This document shows, piece after piece, positions 1-9,638 of a stretch of 64,000 nucleotides of DNA. The notes below the pieces were generated by a model, which worked only from the letters and a program-made list of their open reading frames with translations, was not told where the DNA came from and made no database searches. Origin of the DNA: Nitrosopumilaceae archaeon (GTDB lineage: Archaea > Thermoproteota > Nitrososphaeria > Nitrososphaerales > Nitrosopumilaceae); NCBI GenBank assembly GCA_965203465.1, contig CBDBCR010000001.1, positions 192,001 to 256,000 on the forward strand, read 5' to 3'. Position 1 is the stretch's first letter, and each line of letters begins with the position of its first letter. The position numbers were made by a program, and so were the translations under genes.

Positions 1-898
1 CGGCGGTCGTCTCTTCGTAGACGCACTTTAGCAGGCGCCGCCCGGCGCAGTCGCGCGCCAGCCGCCCGGCCCTCCGCGCCTTCCCTTCCAGGGAGCAGAG
101 GCGGGCCATGAGCGCCTCGTCGTACAGCTCCAGGTGGGCCTCGGGGCTGTCCGGCTCCAGGCCAAGCTCCCCGGAGGCCAGCCGGACGGCCTCGGCCAGC
201 ATCACCTCGACGGCCCTGACGGTCTTGTGAAAGTAGACCGCGCGGAACATCTGGTACCTGGAGTGCATCATGGATTCGAACGAGTGCAGGGCCGAGCGCT
301 CGATGGCCAGCCTGCCGCGCCTCGCGTCCATCGACTTTATCATCCTAATGTGGTCTATCCGGGCGTGCTCTGCGCGCGTATAGTAGCCGTCGCGCGGCAG
401 GTAGTCCATCACGTCTGCGCTAAGCGGCCCCGAGACTACCTCGTTCATGAAGCGCGAGCGCGAGGTGCCGAAGGCGATGTCGGCTATGCGCCGCCTGCCG
501 TACCCCTCCGATTCCAGCACGTCCCCTATCTGCGTCTCGGCTATGATGCGCCTGCCCATCTTTTCGTGCGAGACGCCGACGGCCTCCTCGTACAGGTGGG
601 AGAACGGGCCGTGGCCGACATCGTGGAGCAGGGCGGCCATGCGCAGCTCGCCTATCGCGTCGGAGCTGAGCGCGCCGCGCTCTAGCAGCGCCTCGCCGGC
701 CATGCCGGCGTTGTTCATGACGCCGAGCGAGTGCTCGAAGCGGGTGTGCTGCGCGCCGGGGTACGTGAGGTGGGCGCCGGACAGCTGCTTTATGCGGCGC
801 AGGCGCTGGAAAGCCGGGTGATCCACCACGCGCAGCTCCGGAGAGCGGACGCGGATGAAGCCGTGGACCGGATCTATGATGTCTACGTATTTTTTCAA
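1..898 (-). CDS. HD-domain phosphohydrolase (dGTPase/SAMHD1-like); 3' end runs off the window
   Basis: Manual translation from TTG at 898: MKKYVDIIDPVHGFI...FQRLRRIKQL...YPGAQHTRFEHSLG...AALLHDVGHGPFSH...DVMDYLPRD; start overlaps the tmk stop. Confidence 0.9.
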   Translation of the reverse strand, partial: MKKYVDIIDPVHGFIRVRSPELRVVDHPAFQRLRRIKQLSGAHLTYPGAQHTRFEHSLGVMNNAGMAGEALLERGALSSDAIGELRMAALLHDVGHGPFSHLYEEAVGVSHEKMGRRIIAETQIGDVLESEGYGRRRIADIAFGTSRSRFMNEVVSGPLSADVMDYLPRDGYYTRAEHARIDHIRMIKSMDARRGRLAIERSALHSFESMMHSRYQMFRAVYFHKTVRAVEVMLAEAVRLASGELGLEPDSPEAHLELYDEALMARLCSLEGKARRAGRLARDCAGRRLLKCVYEETTA

Positions 899-1461
899 AG
901 CCCCATCGCCTCCAGCACCGCCGCGTGCACCTCGGCCCTGCCCTTGGAGGCGTCCACGCGCCTCCAGCGGGGGCCGCGCGCCATCCGGCGGTATTCGGCC
1001 GACACGCGCCGCGCGAGGCCCGCGTCGCTCTCGAACACGTCCCGGTTCTTGCGCTTGCGCGCGCGCGCCTCTTCGAACTCTACGTCCAGGAACACGACGA
1101 CATCGGGCTCGGGCAGGCCCCTGTCGAGGGAGCGCAGCCACGCGCGGTCCAGCCCGTTCGCCGCGCCGTACGCCACGTTGGAGTGGACGTACCTGTCGAG
1201 TATCACGTAGTCGCACGATTCGCTTGCGCGCTCTATCTTTTCTGCGCACTCCCACCGGTTGGCGGCCAGCAGCAGGTGCAAGAGCTGCGGGCGCGGCGCG
1301 CGCCGGCGCAACAGCGCGCGTATCTGCCTGCCGGCCGGCGTGCGGTACTGGGGGAAACTGAGCGTCTTTGCCGAGGCGCCGCGCCTCCCCAGCTCTTTTG
1401 AGAGCATGCCGGCCTGCGTGCGCTTGCCTGCCTGGTCGCCGCCCTCGATGGCCACGATCAC
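895..1461 (-). CDS. tmk: thymidylate kinase
   Basis: P-loop IAIEGGDQAGKRTQ, ILDRYVHSNVAYG, PEPDVVVFLDV. Confidence 0.95.
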   Translation of the reverse strand: MIVAIEGGDQAGKRTQAGMLSKELGRRGASAKTLSFPQYRTPAGRQIRALLRRRAPRPQLLHLLLAANRWECAEKIERASESCDYVILDRYVHSNVAYGAANGLDRAWLRSLDRGLPEPDVVVFLDVEFEEARARKRKNRDVFESDAGLARRVSAEYRRMARGPRWRRVDASKGRAEVHAAVLEAMGL

Positions 1462-1657
1462 GGCGCGCCCCGGCCGCCCCGCTCTAAATACGTGCGGCTC
1501 TCCGGCGCCCCCGCGGGCCGCGCTTCCCGACTCCTTTTCGGACGGAAAGCGGCCCGGCAGCGCGGCGTCGGGGGCGCGTCCAAGGCGCCCGCGGCGCCTT
1601 GATCCCCTGCCGGATCTTCGGGAGGACGATCCAAAGGCGCCGTTTCAAATTCGGGGG

Positions 1658-2071
1658 CTAGACGCGATTTCCCCTCTGGCGAGGCGGCGGCCCCTGTTCT
1701 GGATCATTGTCGGCCCCTTCGACGAACGCGCCCGCTTCCTGGCCGGGCCTCATCCGCGCGGATCGCGGTTTGCCGCCCGGCGCCCAGCGGCGGCCGTCGA
1801 ACGTGAACGACACGACGCCCCCGTCGTCCGCCTTTCCTATGTCGTCGAGCGTCTTTTCCAGCGCCCCGTCGTCCGCCTCCGCGTCGCCGTGCCCCAGCAG
1901 TTTCGACACGGCGGCCACCGCTTTTCCGGCCGGCGTCTTCATCGCGTCGTCCACGGAGACGGATGCCGGCCTGCCGCAGGCCGAGCACTCGCCGGCCGGC
2001 GTTTCGGACACGAGGGGGCGCCTGATCGAGGCACCCGCGTCAACGGCGCAGTCCTCACAGTATACGGGCAC
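1658..2071 (-). CDS. hypothetical protein with two CxxC motifs
   Basis: YCEDC...ECSACG; natural amino-acid composition; TTATAA-like box upstream (~2095-2100). Confidence 0.5.
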   Translation of the reverse strand: MPVYCEDCAVDAGASIRRPLVSETPAGECSACGRPASVSVDDAMKTPAGKAVAAVSKLLGHGDAEADDGALEKTLDDIGKADDGGVVSFTFDGRRWAPGGKPRSARMRPGQEAGAFVEGADNDPEQGPPPRQRGNRV

Positions 2072-2319
2072 GCGGCCCGTCCGCCGCCGCCGCTTATAAT
2101 TCAGCCGAAGCCCGGCCGATCACCCGCCGATCCTCAGCGACAGGCCCGCGGCCCGAGCGCCTCGAAAGAGTGGAAATCGGCGAGACAAACGGCGGACGAT
2201 TGTGCAGAACGGCAGCCGGCACCTCAGACGTGGAAGCGGGTCTGATCCCACGAATTGGAAACGGCGCCTGCGCGCTGCCGGCATGTCACCAATAAATAGG
2301 AGGCAGGCCCGTGCGCCGC

Positions 2320-2598
2320 ATGGCAGAATCGTTCTGGATTCCGAGGGAAGAGTTTGTCATGCCGGAGGGCGCGCAAGAGACGAAGCTCGGATACCCGAAA
2401 GGCTCCATCAGGCAGTACCGCGTGGGCAGGTTGCACATACGCGAATACAAGGAAGGCTTTGAAGTGCACAAGGACGGCGCGGATCCGCGCCAAGATCCCG
2501 TCGGACACCTAGTAAAGGACGCGCCCGAGATCTTGGTATTGGGGCTGGCCGCCGCGCTCGGCATAGGGTACGCCGTGTACCGCGTGACGCGCAGGTGA
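2320..2598 (+). CDS. small hypothetical protein with a C-terminal TM helix
   Basis: MAESFWIPREEF...IRQYR...HLVKDAPEILVLGLAAALGIGYAVY; stop overlaps next start (GTGA). Confidence 0.75.
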   Translation: MAESFWIPREEFVMPEGAQETKLGYPKGSIRQYRVGRLHIREYKEGFEVHKDGADPRQDPVGHLVKDAPEILVLGLAAALGIGYAVYRVTRR

Positions 2599-4121
2599 AA
2601 TGCATGTTCCGCATCCTCTACGTGCTCGCCAAACTTCTCCCGTGCGCCTTGGCCCTGCGCCGCGACAGGAAGGAGTGGTCGCGCAAGGAGGGCGACGTGG
2701 ACCAGGAAAAGTACCGCAGGAACGCGCGCAGGGCGCTCGCAGCGTTTCTGTCGCTGGGCCCCGTTTACATAAAACTGGGCCAGTGGCTGTCCTCGCGCGC
2801 CGACATCCTGCCGCAGCCGTACATGGAAGAGCTTTCGAAACTGCAGGACGACGTGCCGGCAGCCCCGTTCGAAAAGGTCAGGCCGGCCATCGAGGCCGAG
2901 TTCGGGCCCATAGGCGAGGCATTCGAGCGGTTCGAGACCGAGGCCCTCTCGGGCGCATCGCTCGGCCAAGTGTACCGCGCCAGGCTGCGCGGGGAAGAAA
3001 TAGTGGTCAAGGTAAAGCGCCCCGGCATAGGCGAGGCCGTCGAGCGCGACCTGGGGGGCTTGCGCCGCCTGCTGCCCGTCGGCCTGCGGTTCGTCGATCC
3101 CAACCTGGGCCTGTCCGCAAAGGCGCTGCTCGCGCAGTTCATCGACAGCATACGCGAAGAGATGGACTACCGCGCCGAGGCGGACAACCTGCGCCAGATA
3201 CGCGGCAACATGGACGCAAGCCGGGTGATCGTGCCGCGCATCTACGAGGCGCACACCGGCCGGGGCCTGCTGGTCATGGAGTACGTGCCGGGCACCAAGG
3301 TGACCGACATCGAAAAGCTGGACGAGCTGGGCATAGACCGGACGCGGCTGGTCGTGGACCTGCACAAGGTCTTCTTTACGATGCTGCTGCGCCACTCGGT
3401 CTTCCACGCCGACCCGCACCCGGGCAACGTGTCCGTGACCGACGACGGCCGCCTGATACTGTACGACTACGGCATGGTGGGCAGGCTCGACGAGGATAGC
3501 CGCATGAGGCTGGTGAGGCTGTACCTGGCGATGGTCGAAAAGGACGCGGGCCGCACGGTCACCGCGATGAAGGAGCTTGGCATGCTGGCAAGCGACCTCA
3601 ACCGCTCGCTCATAGAGCAGGCCATAGAGCTGACGGTGAGCGCGCTGCACGGCCGCAGGCCGTCGGAGATGGAGATCAACGGGCTGATGGAGATAGCCAA
3701 CAGGACCATGAGCAGGTTCCCGTTCGTGCTGCCAAAGCACCTGGCCCTGTACATGCGCATGGCCTCCATAATCGAGGGCATCTACAAGGCGCACGACGTC
3801 GACTTTCGGTTCGTCAAGGTGATACGCGAGGTGCTCGAGGAGGAGAACCTGATCAGGGGGGCCCAGGCGGAGGAGCTAAAGTCCTCCCTGTACAGGGTCG
3901 CAAAGTCCATAGACGCGGTCATATCGGTGGCCCCCGAGCTGCGCAGCCTGGTCGAGGAGGCGCGCTCCATGCGGCTGGAGGGGCGGCGCAGCCGCACGCC
4001 CGCCGCCGTCATGGCGGGGGCCGCCTTCGTCGGGTTCGCCGTGCTGTACGGCCACGAGCCGCTACTCGGCGCGGCCGGCATGGCCGGCGCCGCCCTAGCC
4101 GCGCTGCTCGCGCTGCGCTAG
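2595..4121 (+). CDS. AarF/ABC1/UbiB family atypical kinase
   Basis: LGPVYIKLGQWLSSRADIL, ASLGQVY, VVKVKRPG, FHADPHPGN, YDYGMVG. Confidence 0.95.
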   Translation: MKCMFRILYVLAKLLPCALALRRDRKEWSRKEGDVDQEKYRRNARRALAAFLSLGPVYIKLGQWLSSRADILPQPYMEELSKLQDDVPAAPFEKVRPAIEAEFGPIGEAFERFETEALSGASLGQVYRARLRGEEIVVKVKRPGIGEAVERDLGGLRRLLPVGLRFVDPNLGLSAKALLAQFIDSIREEMDYRAEADNLRQIRGNMDASRVIVPRIYEAHTGRGLLVMEYVPGTKVTDIEKLDELGIDRTRLVVDLHKVFFTMLLRHSVFHADPHPGNVSVTDDGRLILYDYGMVGRLDEDSRMRLVRLYLAMVEKDAGRTVTAMKELGMLASDLNRSLIEQAIELTVSALHGRRPSEMEINGLMEIANRTMSRFPFVLPKHLALYMRMASIIEGIYKAHDVDFRFVKVIREVLEEENLIRGAQAEELKSSLYRVAKSIDAVISVAPELRSLVEEARSMRLEGRRSRTPAAVMAGAAFVGFAVLYGHEPLLGAAGMAGAALAALLALR

Positions 4122-4552
4122 CCGGTCCTGCGCGCCAGCACGAACCGCGGCCCGGCCGGGTCTATGTCCGGATGCACGCGCACGTCCGATATTATCCGGG
4201 CTTCCAGGTTGCCCCATATGCGCCCCGCCTGCGGCCAGGTCCCCGCGTCCTCAAAGCTTGCCACGTACGCGCGCGATACGCGCAGGGCCTCGGCGGCCCC
4301 GCCGGCCAGGTTGCGTGACACCACTAGGTCGAACTCGCCGGCGGGCCACGGCAGGCGCGAGGGCGGGGCCTGGGCGAGCTCGGCCCGGACCGATTCCAGG
4401 CAGCGGGCAAGCTCGTCCGGATCTTGGCAGGCCACGCAGGCGCGCGCCCCGCCGGGCGGCAGCACGTCGGCGGCCCGGCACCCCGAGTACAGCACGTCGC
4501 GCGCGCGCAGGGAAAGGGCCAGCCTCCCCACAAAGTCGGCCAGCGCGGACAT
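4118..4552 (-). CDS. hypothetical protein, degenerate methyltransferase-like fold
   Basis: LPWPAGEFDLVVS and EALRVSR resemble class I MTase motifs; co-oriented right after ilvE. Confidence 0.55.
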   Translation of the reverse strand: MSALADFVGRLALSLRARDVLYSGCRAADVLPPGGARACVACQDPDELARCLESVRAELAQAPPSRLPWPAGEFDLVVSRNLAGGAAEALRVSRAYVASFEDAGTWPQAGRIWGNLEARIISDVRVHPDIDPAGPRFVLARRTG

Positions 4553-4555
4553 TTT

Positions 4556-5470
4556 TCAGACCGGCGTGAGCCAGTGGGCGAACCTTTCGTCCCTGCCGAG
4601 CGCGGCCTCGGAGAACGCCTTTTGCAGCGCCTTGGTGGCCTTGCCCACCCTGCCGGAGCCGACCTGCACGCGGTCCACGCGGGTGACCGACTTTACCTCG
4701 GCGGCCGTGCCGGTCATGAATATCTCGTCCGCCGAGTACAGGTCGTCGCGCTCCAAGTCGGCCTCGACGACGTAGCCGCCGTTTTCTTCCGTTATCTGTA
4801 TGACGCTGTCGCGCGTGATCCCCTCCAGGCAGCCCGACGACACGGGCGGCGTGCGGATCTCGCCGTCGCGCACCACGAATATGTTCTCGGCGCTGCCCTC
4901 GGCAACCTTGCCGTGGTAGTTTAGCATGATGGCCTCGTCGTAGCCCTCGTCGAGCGCCTCGACGCGCGCGAGCGCGGCGTTGCCGTAGTTGGGCGCGCCC
5001 TTTGCCCTCATCGGCTGCGCGCGCGAATCGATGCGCAGCCAGCTTGAAACCTTGCAGCTGGCCCCGGAGAACTTGCCGGCCTTCGATTCCCCCATCTTCC
5101 ACTCCCAGCACGAAATCGACAGCTCCACCTTGTTGGGCTTGGGGGTCAGCCCCATGGTCCCGTACCCGTAGTAGGCTATGGGCCTGATGTAGCACTCGCG
5201 CAGCCCGCTGGCCCTGACCGTCTCGAGGACGGCCTCGCTGACCTGCCGCGGCGAGTACCGCATCTTCATCGAGTACAGCCTCGCGGACCGGAACAGCCTC
5301 TCGACGTGCTCGCCCAGCCGGAAGACCGACGGGCCTTTGGCCGCGTCGTAGCAGCGTATCCCCTCGAATACGGACGTCGAATAGTGCAGGGCGTGGGTCA
5401 GCACGTGCACCTTGGCGCTCTTGAACGGCACCAGCCTGCCGTTCATCCATACCTTGCCGGTCTCGTCCAC
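4556..5470 (-). CDS. ilvE: branched-chain amino acid aminotransferase
   Basis: HALHYSTSVFEGIRCY, EGSAENIF, LEGITRDS, ADEIFMTGTAAEV. Confidence 0.97.
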   Translation of the reverse strand: MDETGKVWMNGRLVPFKSAKVHVLTHALHYSTSVFEGIRCYDAAKGPSVFRLGEHVERLFRSARLYSMKMRYSPRQVSEAVLETVRASGLRECYIRPIAYYGYGTMGLTPKPNKVELSISCWEWKMGESKAGKFSGASCKVSSWLRIDSRAQPMRAKGAPNYGNAALARVEALDEGYDEAIMLNYHGKVAEGSAENIFVVRDGEIRTPPVSSGCLEGITRDSVIQITEENGGYVVEADLERDDLYSADEIFMTGTAAEVKSVTRVDRVQVGSGRVGKATKALQKAFSEAALGRDERFAHWLTPV

Positions 5471-5571
5471 GCCCGGGCCCCCCGCCGAGCCGATTTAAGT
5501 TGCGCGCACCGAAACCCTATGCGGGGCGACCGTTTTCTATATAGATCAGCCATAAATATCCCGCCCGCTAA

Positions 5572-5667
5572 TACAGGGTACAGCGTGTTATGGGTAACGC
5601 CGGGCTAATTCTAGATAACGGGCCCAAGAAGAAACCCAGGACAGCGCTACGGGGCTAACCCCCTGTA
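5572..5667 (+). ncRNA. candidate structured non-coding RNA (strand uncertain)
   Basis: Nested helices 5572-78/5661-67, 5582-88/5641-48, 5591-95/5634-38, 5602-05/5622-25; AT-rich promoter-like boxes at 5535-5559. Confidence 0.3.
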
Positions 5668-7055
5668 GGGCTGGTGTCCTTTATCCCCGAGTGGACGGCC
5701 CTTACGGCCCTCTGGACGTTGTCGCCCGAATCCTCGACGACCACTATTATCCGCGAGGTCTCTTCCTGCGCGTCCATGTTGAGTATGTTGAGGCCGACCT
5801 CGGCCATGCGCGCGCTGGTCATCGATACGATGTGGCGCGCCTTCCACATCTGGTCGCCTATCAGCGTGATCACGCCCCTGCCGTACGTTATCGAGGCGAG
5901 CGGGTCGAATCCGAGCAGGTACTTTTCGTTGCGCTTGGCATAGTCGCCGTCCAAAAACAGTATCCGGGAAAGGTCGATGCCGTCGCGGGTGAACGGCGAG
6001 AGCACGACGTACTCGCTGTATCTGCGCTCGGCCTCCAGCGAATCCAGGAGCCTTCGCGCAGCGGCGCGCTCGGCCCGCATGATAGCGCAGTTTTCTCTGC
6101 CGGTCACTATCTTTACGGGATCGCCGCCCGCGTCCCCGGGCGACCTTTCTATGGTGGTCTTTTCCGACGGGTCCTTCATGTCGGTTATGGTGATCGGCAT
6201 GTCCGCGCCGTTTTCGAGTATCTCCTTGATCGCGACCGGATCGAGTATCTTCATGCCGAACATGCCGGCCAGCCTGGCCTCGTTGTACGAAAGGACGGGC
6301 ACCTTGGAGAGGCCGTCCGAGACTATCTTGGGGTCGGCAGATGCCACAGATCTGTCCTTTTCAAAGTCTATACTGGTCTCGTAAGAGTTGCGCAGCAGTA
6401 TCCCCATGTCCGCCGCGGTCCTGTCGGTCCCGCCGCGCTCGTAGGTGGTCACGGTGCCTGTTTTCGTCCTGCCGACGAACCCGCCCATGCAGACTATATC
6501 GTGCCCGCGCAGCAGATCCTCGACGGCGCCGATCTTTTCGCCCGAGGCGTCTGCAAGAAAGTTGGTGTACTCTATGTTGTCGTCGGTCACTACGGGCCAG
6601 TCCTCGAACGGGACCGCCGCCGAGCAGAGGCCCTCGGAGCGCAGCACGTGGTCCATCACGCCGCCCATGAGGACCTCGCCCGAAAAGCCCAGGGCCACGG
6701 ACCTGCGCTCGTCGGCGAACTCGCCGGATTCGAGCGCCTCCCTTGCCCTCGCTAGGTGGGAGTCTATAGTCTGTCTGCACTGCTCGCGCAGGCCGGGGCC
6801 TACCGAGCGCAGTATTGCCTCGTAGGCGTTCCTGACATGGCCCATGCCCGCGCGCGTGTCGCGGTTTTCGCCGATGCCTATGACCACGTCGGTCAGCGAC
6901 ATCTTTTTGCCGCCCACCGTGGTCAGCGGCGCGGAAAAGACGGCCAGCACCTTGGAGCCCGAGCCTATCTGGCGTATGCGCGAGACTATCTTCGGTATGT
7001 ACTCGCCGTCGGAGCCTATCGCGCTTCCGCCGAACTTGGCCACCGTGAGCCTCAT
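5655..7055 (-). CDS. lysC: aspartate kinase
   Basis: ATG at 7055: MRLTVAKFGGSAIG, TYERGGTDRTA, ADPKIV, LSYNEA, C-terminal ACT-like region. Confidence 0.93.
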   Translation of the reverse strand: MRLTVAKFGGSAIGSDGEYIPKIVSRIRQIGSGSKVLAVFSAPLTTVGGKKMSLTDVVIGIGENRDTRAGMGHVRNAYEAILRSVGPGLREQCRQTIDSHLARAREALESGEFADERRSVALGFSGEVLMGGVMDHVLRSEGLCSAAVPFEDWPVVTDDNIEYTNFLADASGEKIGAVEDLLRGHDIVCMGGFVGRTKTGTVTTYERGGTDRTAADMGILLRNSYETSIDFEKDRSVASADPKIVSDGLSKVPVLSYNEARLAGMFGMKILDPVAIKEILENGADMPITITDMKDPSEKTTIERSPGDAGGDPVKIVTGRENCAIMRAERAAARRLLDSLEAERRYSEYVVLSPFTRDGIDLSRILFLDGDYAKRNEKYLLGFDPLASITYGRGVITLIGDQMWKARHIVSMTSARMAEVGLNILNMDAQEETSRIIVVVEDSGDNVQRAVRAVHSGIKDTSPTGG

Positions 7056-7256
7056 CTGAGCCGGCCCCCGCCCGGCCGGTATTAATCGTTGGCCGCGCTT
7101 TGCGTGGAAGATCCTGCCGCCGGACTCGGCTTGCGCGGACTCGCCTCGCCCCGGACAGGCGCGCCGCTTCGGGCTTGCAGGCTTCGCGCGGGTTCGAGCG
7201 CGCCTTTCCACCCGCGGGCTGTCTAGATTTAAATGGTTTTGAGCGGCGCGGCCCGC

Positions 7257-7330
7257 GGGCTCGTGGTCCAGCTGGCTATGACATCGCCCTTACACGGCGA
7301 AGATCCGGGGTTCGAATCCCCGCGGGCCCA
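7257..7330 (+). tRNA. tRNA-Val(TAC)
   Basis: Cloverleaf GGGCTCG/CGGGCCC, anticodon loop CTTACAC, T loop TTCGAAT; TTTAAA box at ~7228. Confidence 0.97.
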
Positions 7331-7331
7331 C

Positions 7332-9380
7332 CTACTTCCATTCCGGCTTGTACCTTCCGAGCAGCAGCGAGTTGGCCACGACCGACGCGTCGCTCAGGGC
7401 CATGGCGCCGGCCGCCAGCAGCGGCAGCACCGAGTACACCTCGGGTCCCATGAAAGGCACCAGGGCGCCGGCCGCCACCGGCACCAGCGCCGCGTTGTAC
7501 CCGAACGCCCACGCCAAGTTCTGCCTTATCTTGGCGGCCGTCTTTTTGGAAATGTCCAGCAGGACCGGCACCGCGCGCAGGTCGTCGCCCACCAGCACCA
7601 CGTCGCCGGATTCGCGCGCCACGTCGGTGCCGCCGCCGACCGCTATGCCCAGATCGGCCGCGGCCAGCGCCGGCGCGTCGTTTATCCCGTCGCCCACCAT
7701 CGCCACGGCGCCGCCCGGCCTCAGTGATTCGATCTCGTCGCGCTTGCCGCCCGGCATCACCCCGGCGCGCACCTCGTCGATGCCCAGCCGCGAGGCCGCC
7801 GCCTTGGCGGCCCCCCCCGCGTCGCCCGTTACCATCACCGTCTTGACGCCCGCCGAATGCAGCCTGGCCACCGCCTCGGCGGCCCCGGGCCTCTCGGCGT
7901 CCGAGACGGCCACGGCCCCGGCGAACTTTCCGTCCACCGCGACCAGGACCACCGTCCTGCCGCCCGCTTCCAGGGCTCGCCAGTCCCGGCCCGCCTCTAT
8001 GCCGGATTCTTCTAGCAGCGCGGGGCTGCCCACCAGCACCCGCCTGCCGCCGGCGACGGCGCGCACGCCGCCGCCGGTCACGGACTCGAACTTTTCGGGC
8101 CGCGCCACCTCCATGCCCAGCTCGCGCGCGCGGCGCACCAGCGCGCGCGCCACGGGGTGCTCCGAGTCGCGCTCGGCAGAGGCTGCCGCCTCGAGCACCG
8201 AATCGGACGGCATGGTCTCGACCACCTCGGGCCTGCCGGCGGTCAGGGTGCCGGTCTTGTCGAGCACGACTGTGCGCACGCGGCGCGCCGATTCGAGCAC
8301 CCCGCCGTCCCTGATCAGTATGCCGTATTCGGCGGCCTTGCCGGCCCCGGTGGTCAGCGCCATGGGCGTGGCGATGCCGATGGCGCACGGGCACGCTATG
8401 ATGATGACGGAGACGAACGCTAGCAGCGCGTACGGCGTGCCGATGCCGGCCAGAAACCAACCCAGCCCGGCCGCGACGGCCACTACGGCTATCACCGGCA
8501 CGAAATACTTTGAGACCCTGTCGACGGCCCTCTGGTATGGCACGCGCCCCGACCTCGCGTTCTCCACGAGCGCTATGACCTGCGACATGACCGTGTCCCT
8601 GCCCACCTTGGTGGCTTTGACGCGCAGAGAGCCGGTCGTGTTCACCGTGGCGCCGATCACCGCGTCGCCTTCGGCCTTTGGGGCCGGCACGCTCTCGCCG
8701 GTGACGGCCGACTGGTCTATTTCGGAGCTTCCAGAGACCACCACCCCGTCGGTGGGCACGGCCTCGCCGGGCCGCACGTGCATGATCTCGCCTATCTTGA
8801 CGAGCTCCACGGGGACCTCCTTCTCCTGCCCGTCCCTGATCACGCGCGCCGTGCGCGGCTGCAGATCCATCAGGCGGCTTATGACGCGCGACGCCTTTTT
8901 GGCCGACTTTGCCTCCAGCGCGTTGCCGGCCAGTATGATGGTTATGATCGCCGCCGAGGTCTCGAAATAGACGTGGCCGTGCGGAAAGAAACCGGGCGCG
9001 AACGTGACCGCGGTGCTGTACGCCCAGGCGGCCGTGGTGCCGGCGGCCACTAGCACGTCCATGTTGGCCGCCCTGCTGCGCAGCGCGTCGAGCGCGCCGC
9101 GGTAGAACCGCATGCCTATCCAAAACTGCACGGGCGTGGCAAGCGCGAACATGGCGTATTCGCCGCCGGCCACTCCGAGGTGCGTCAGCACCGCCACGGG
9201 CGCCGTCAGCAGCACGGCTATCACCAGCTGCCGCCGGACGCGCGCGGCCTCGCGGTCGGGCCTTGCGAACCTCTCGAGGCAGCTGCTGCCGCAGAAGAAA
9301 AACTCGCGGCCGTCCGATTCGTAGCGCAGGGCCCCCGGCGACTCGTCTACGAGCATGCCACAGACCGGATCCTTTGCCAT
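7332..9380 (-). CDS. copA: P1B-type copper-translocating ATPase with N-terminal YHS/TRASH domain
   Basis: MAKDPVCGM...FFCGSSC, TGES, CPC, DKTGTLT, GDGINDAPAL, YN motif. Confidence 0.95.
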   Translation of the reverse strand: MAKDPVCGMLVDESPGALRYESDGREFFFCGSSCLERFARPDREAARVRRQLVIAVLLTAPVAVLTHLGVAGGEYAMFALATPVQFWIGMRFYRGALDALRSRAANMDVLVAAGTTAAWAYSTAVTFAPGFFPHGHVYFETSAAIITIILAGNALEAKSAKKASRVISRLMDLQPRTARVIRDGQEKEVPVELVKIGEIMHVRPGEAVPTDGVVVSGSSEIDQSAVTGESVPAPKAEGDAVIGATVNTTGSLRVKATKVGRDTVMSQVIALVENARSGRVPYQRAVDRVSKYFVPVIAVVAVAAGLGWFLAGIGTPYALLAFVSVIIIACPCAIGIATPMALTTGAGKAAEYGILIRDGGVLESARRVRTVVLDKTGTLTAGRPEVVETMPSDSVLEAAASAERDSEHPVARALVRRARELGMEVARPEKFESVTGGGVRAVAGGRRVLVGSPALLEESGIEAGRDWRALEAGGRTVVLVAVDGKFAGAVAVSDAERPGAAEAVARLHSAGVKTVMVTGDAGGAAKAAASRLGIDEVRAGVMPGGKRDEIESLRPGGAVAMVGDGINDAPALAAADLGIAVGGGTDVARESGDVVLVGDDLRAVPVLLDISKKTAAKIRQNLAWAFGYNAALVPVAAGALVPFMGPEVYSVLPLLAAGAMALSDASVVANSLLLGRYKPEWK

Positions 9381-9638
9381 CGCCCGGCCACCGTCCTGCG
9401 CAATATAAAATTCGGGCCGCCTGCGGGCCCTTGGAGGCGCGCTGTAGCCCGAAAACCCGATCCGCAAAGCGCGTCGCGCGGGGAATCCTGCTCCCGGTAG
9501 CGGGGGCCGTGCTTTGGCGGCCTAGCAGAATACGATGCCCGCCGTGTCCGCGCCGGACGCCTTTGCGAATTTCTCGATCTCTGGAAACAAAGCGTCTTTT
9601 TTCAGATGGCGGCACGCCCCGTCTCTGAAACCTCCGGG

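Noticed and set aside
5572-5667. 5S rRNA
   Set aside because: It lacks the conserved loop C CCGAAC-type and helix IV/loop E sequences; kept only as an unknown RNA candidate.
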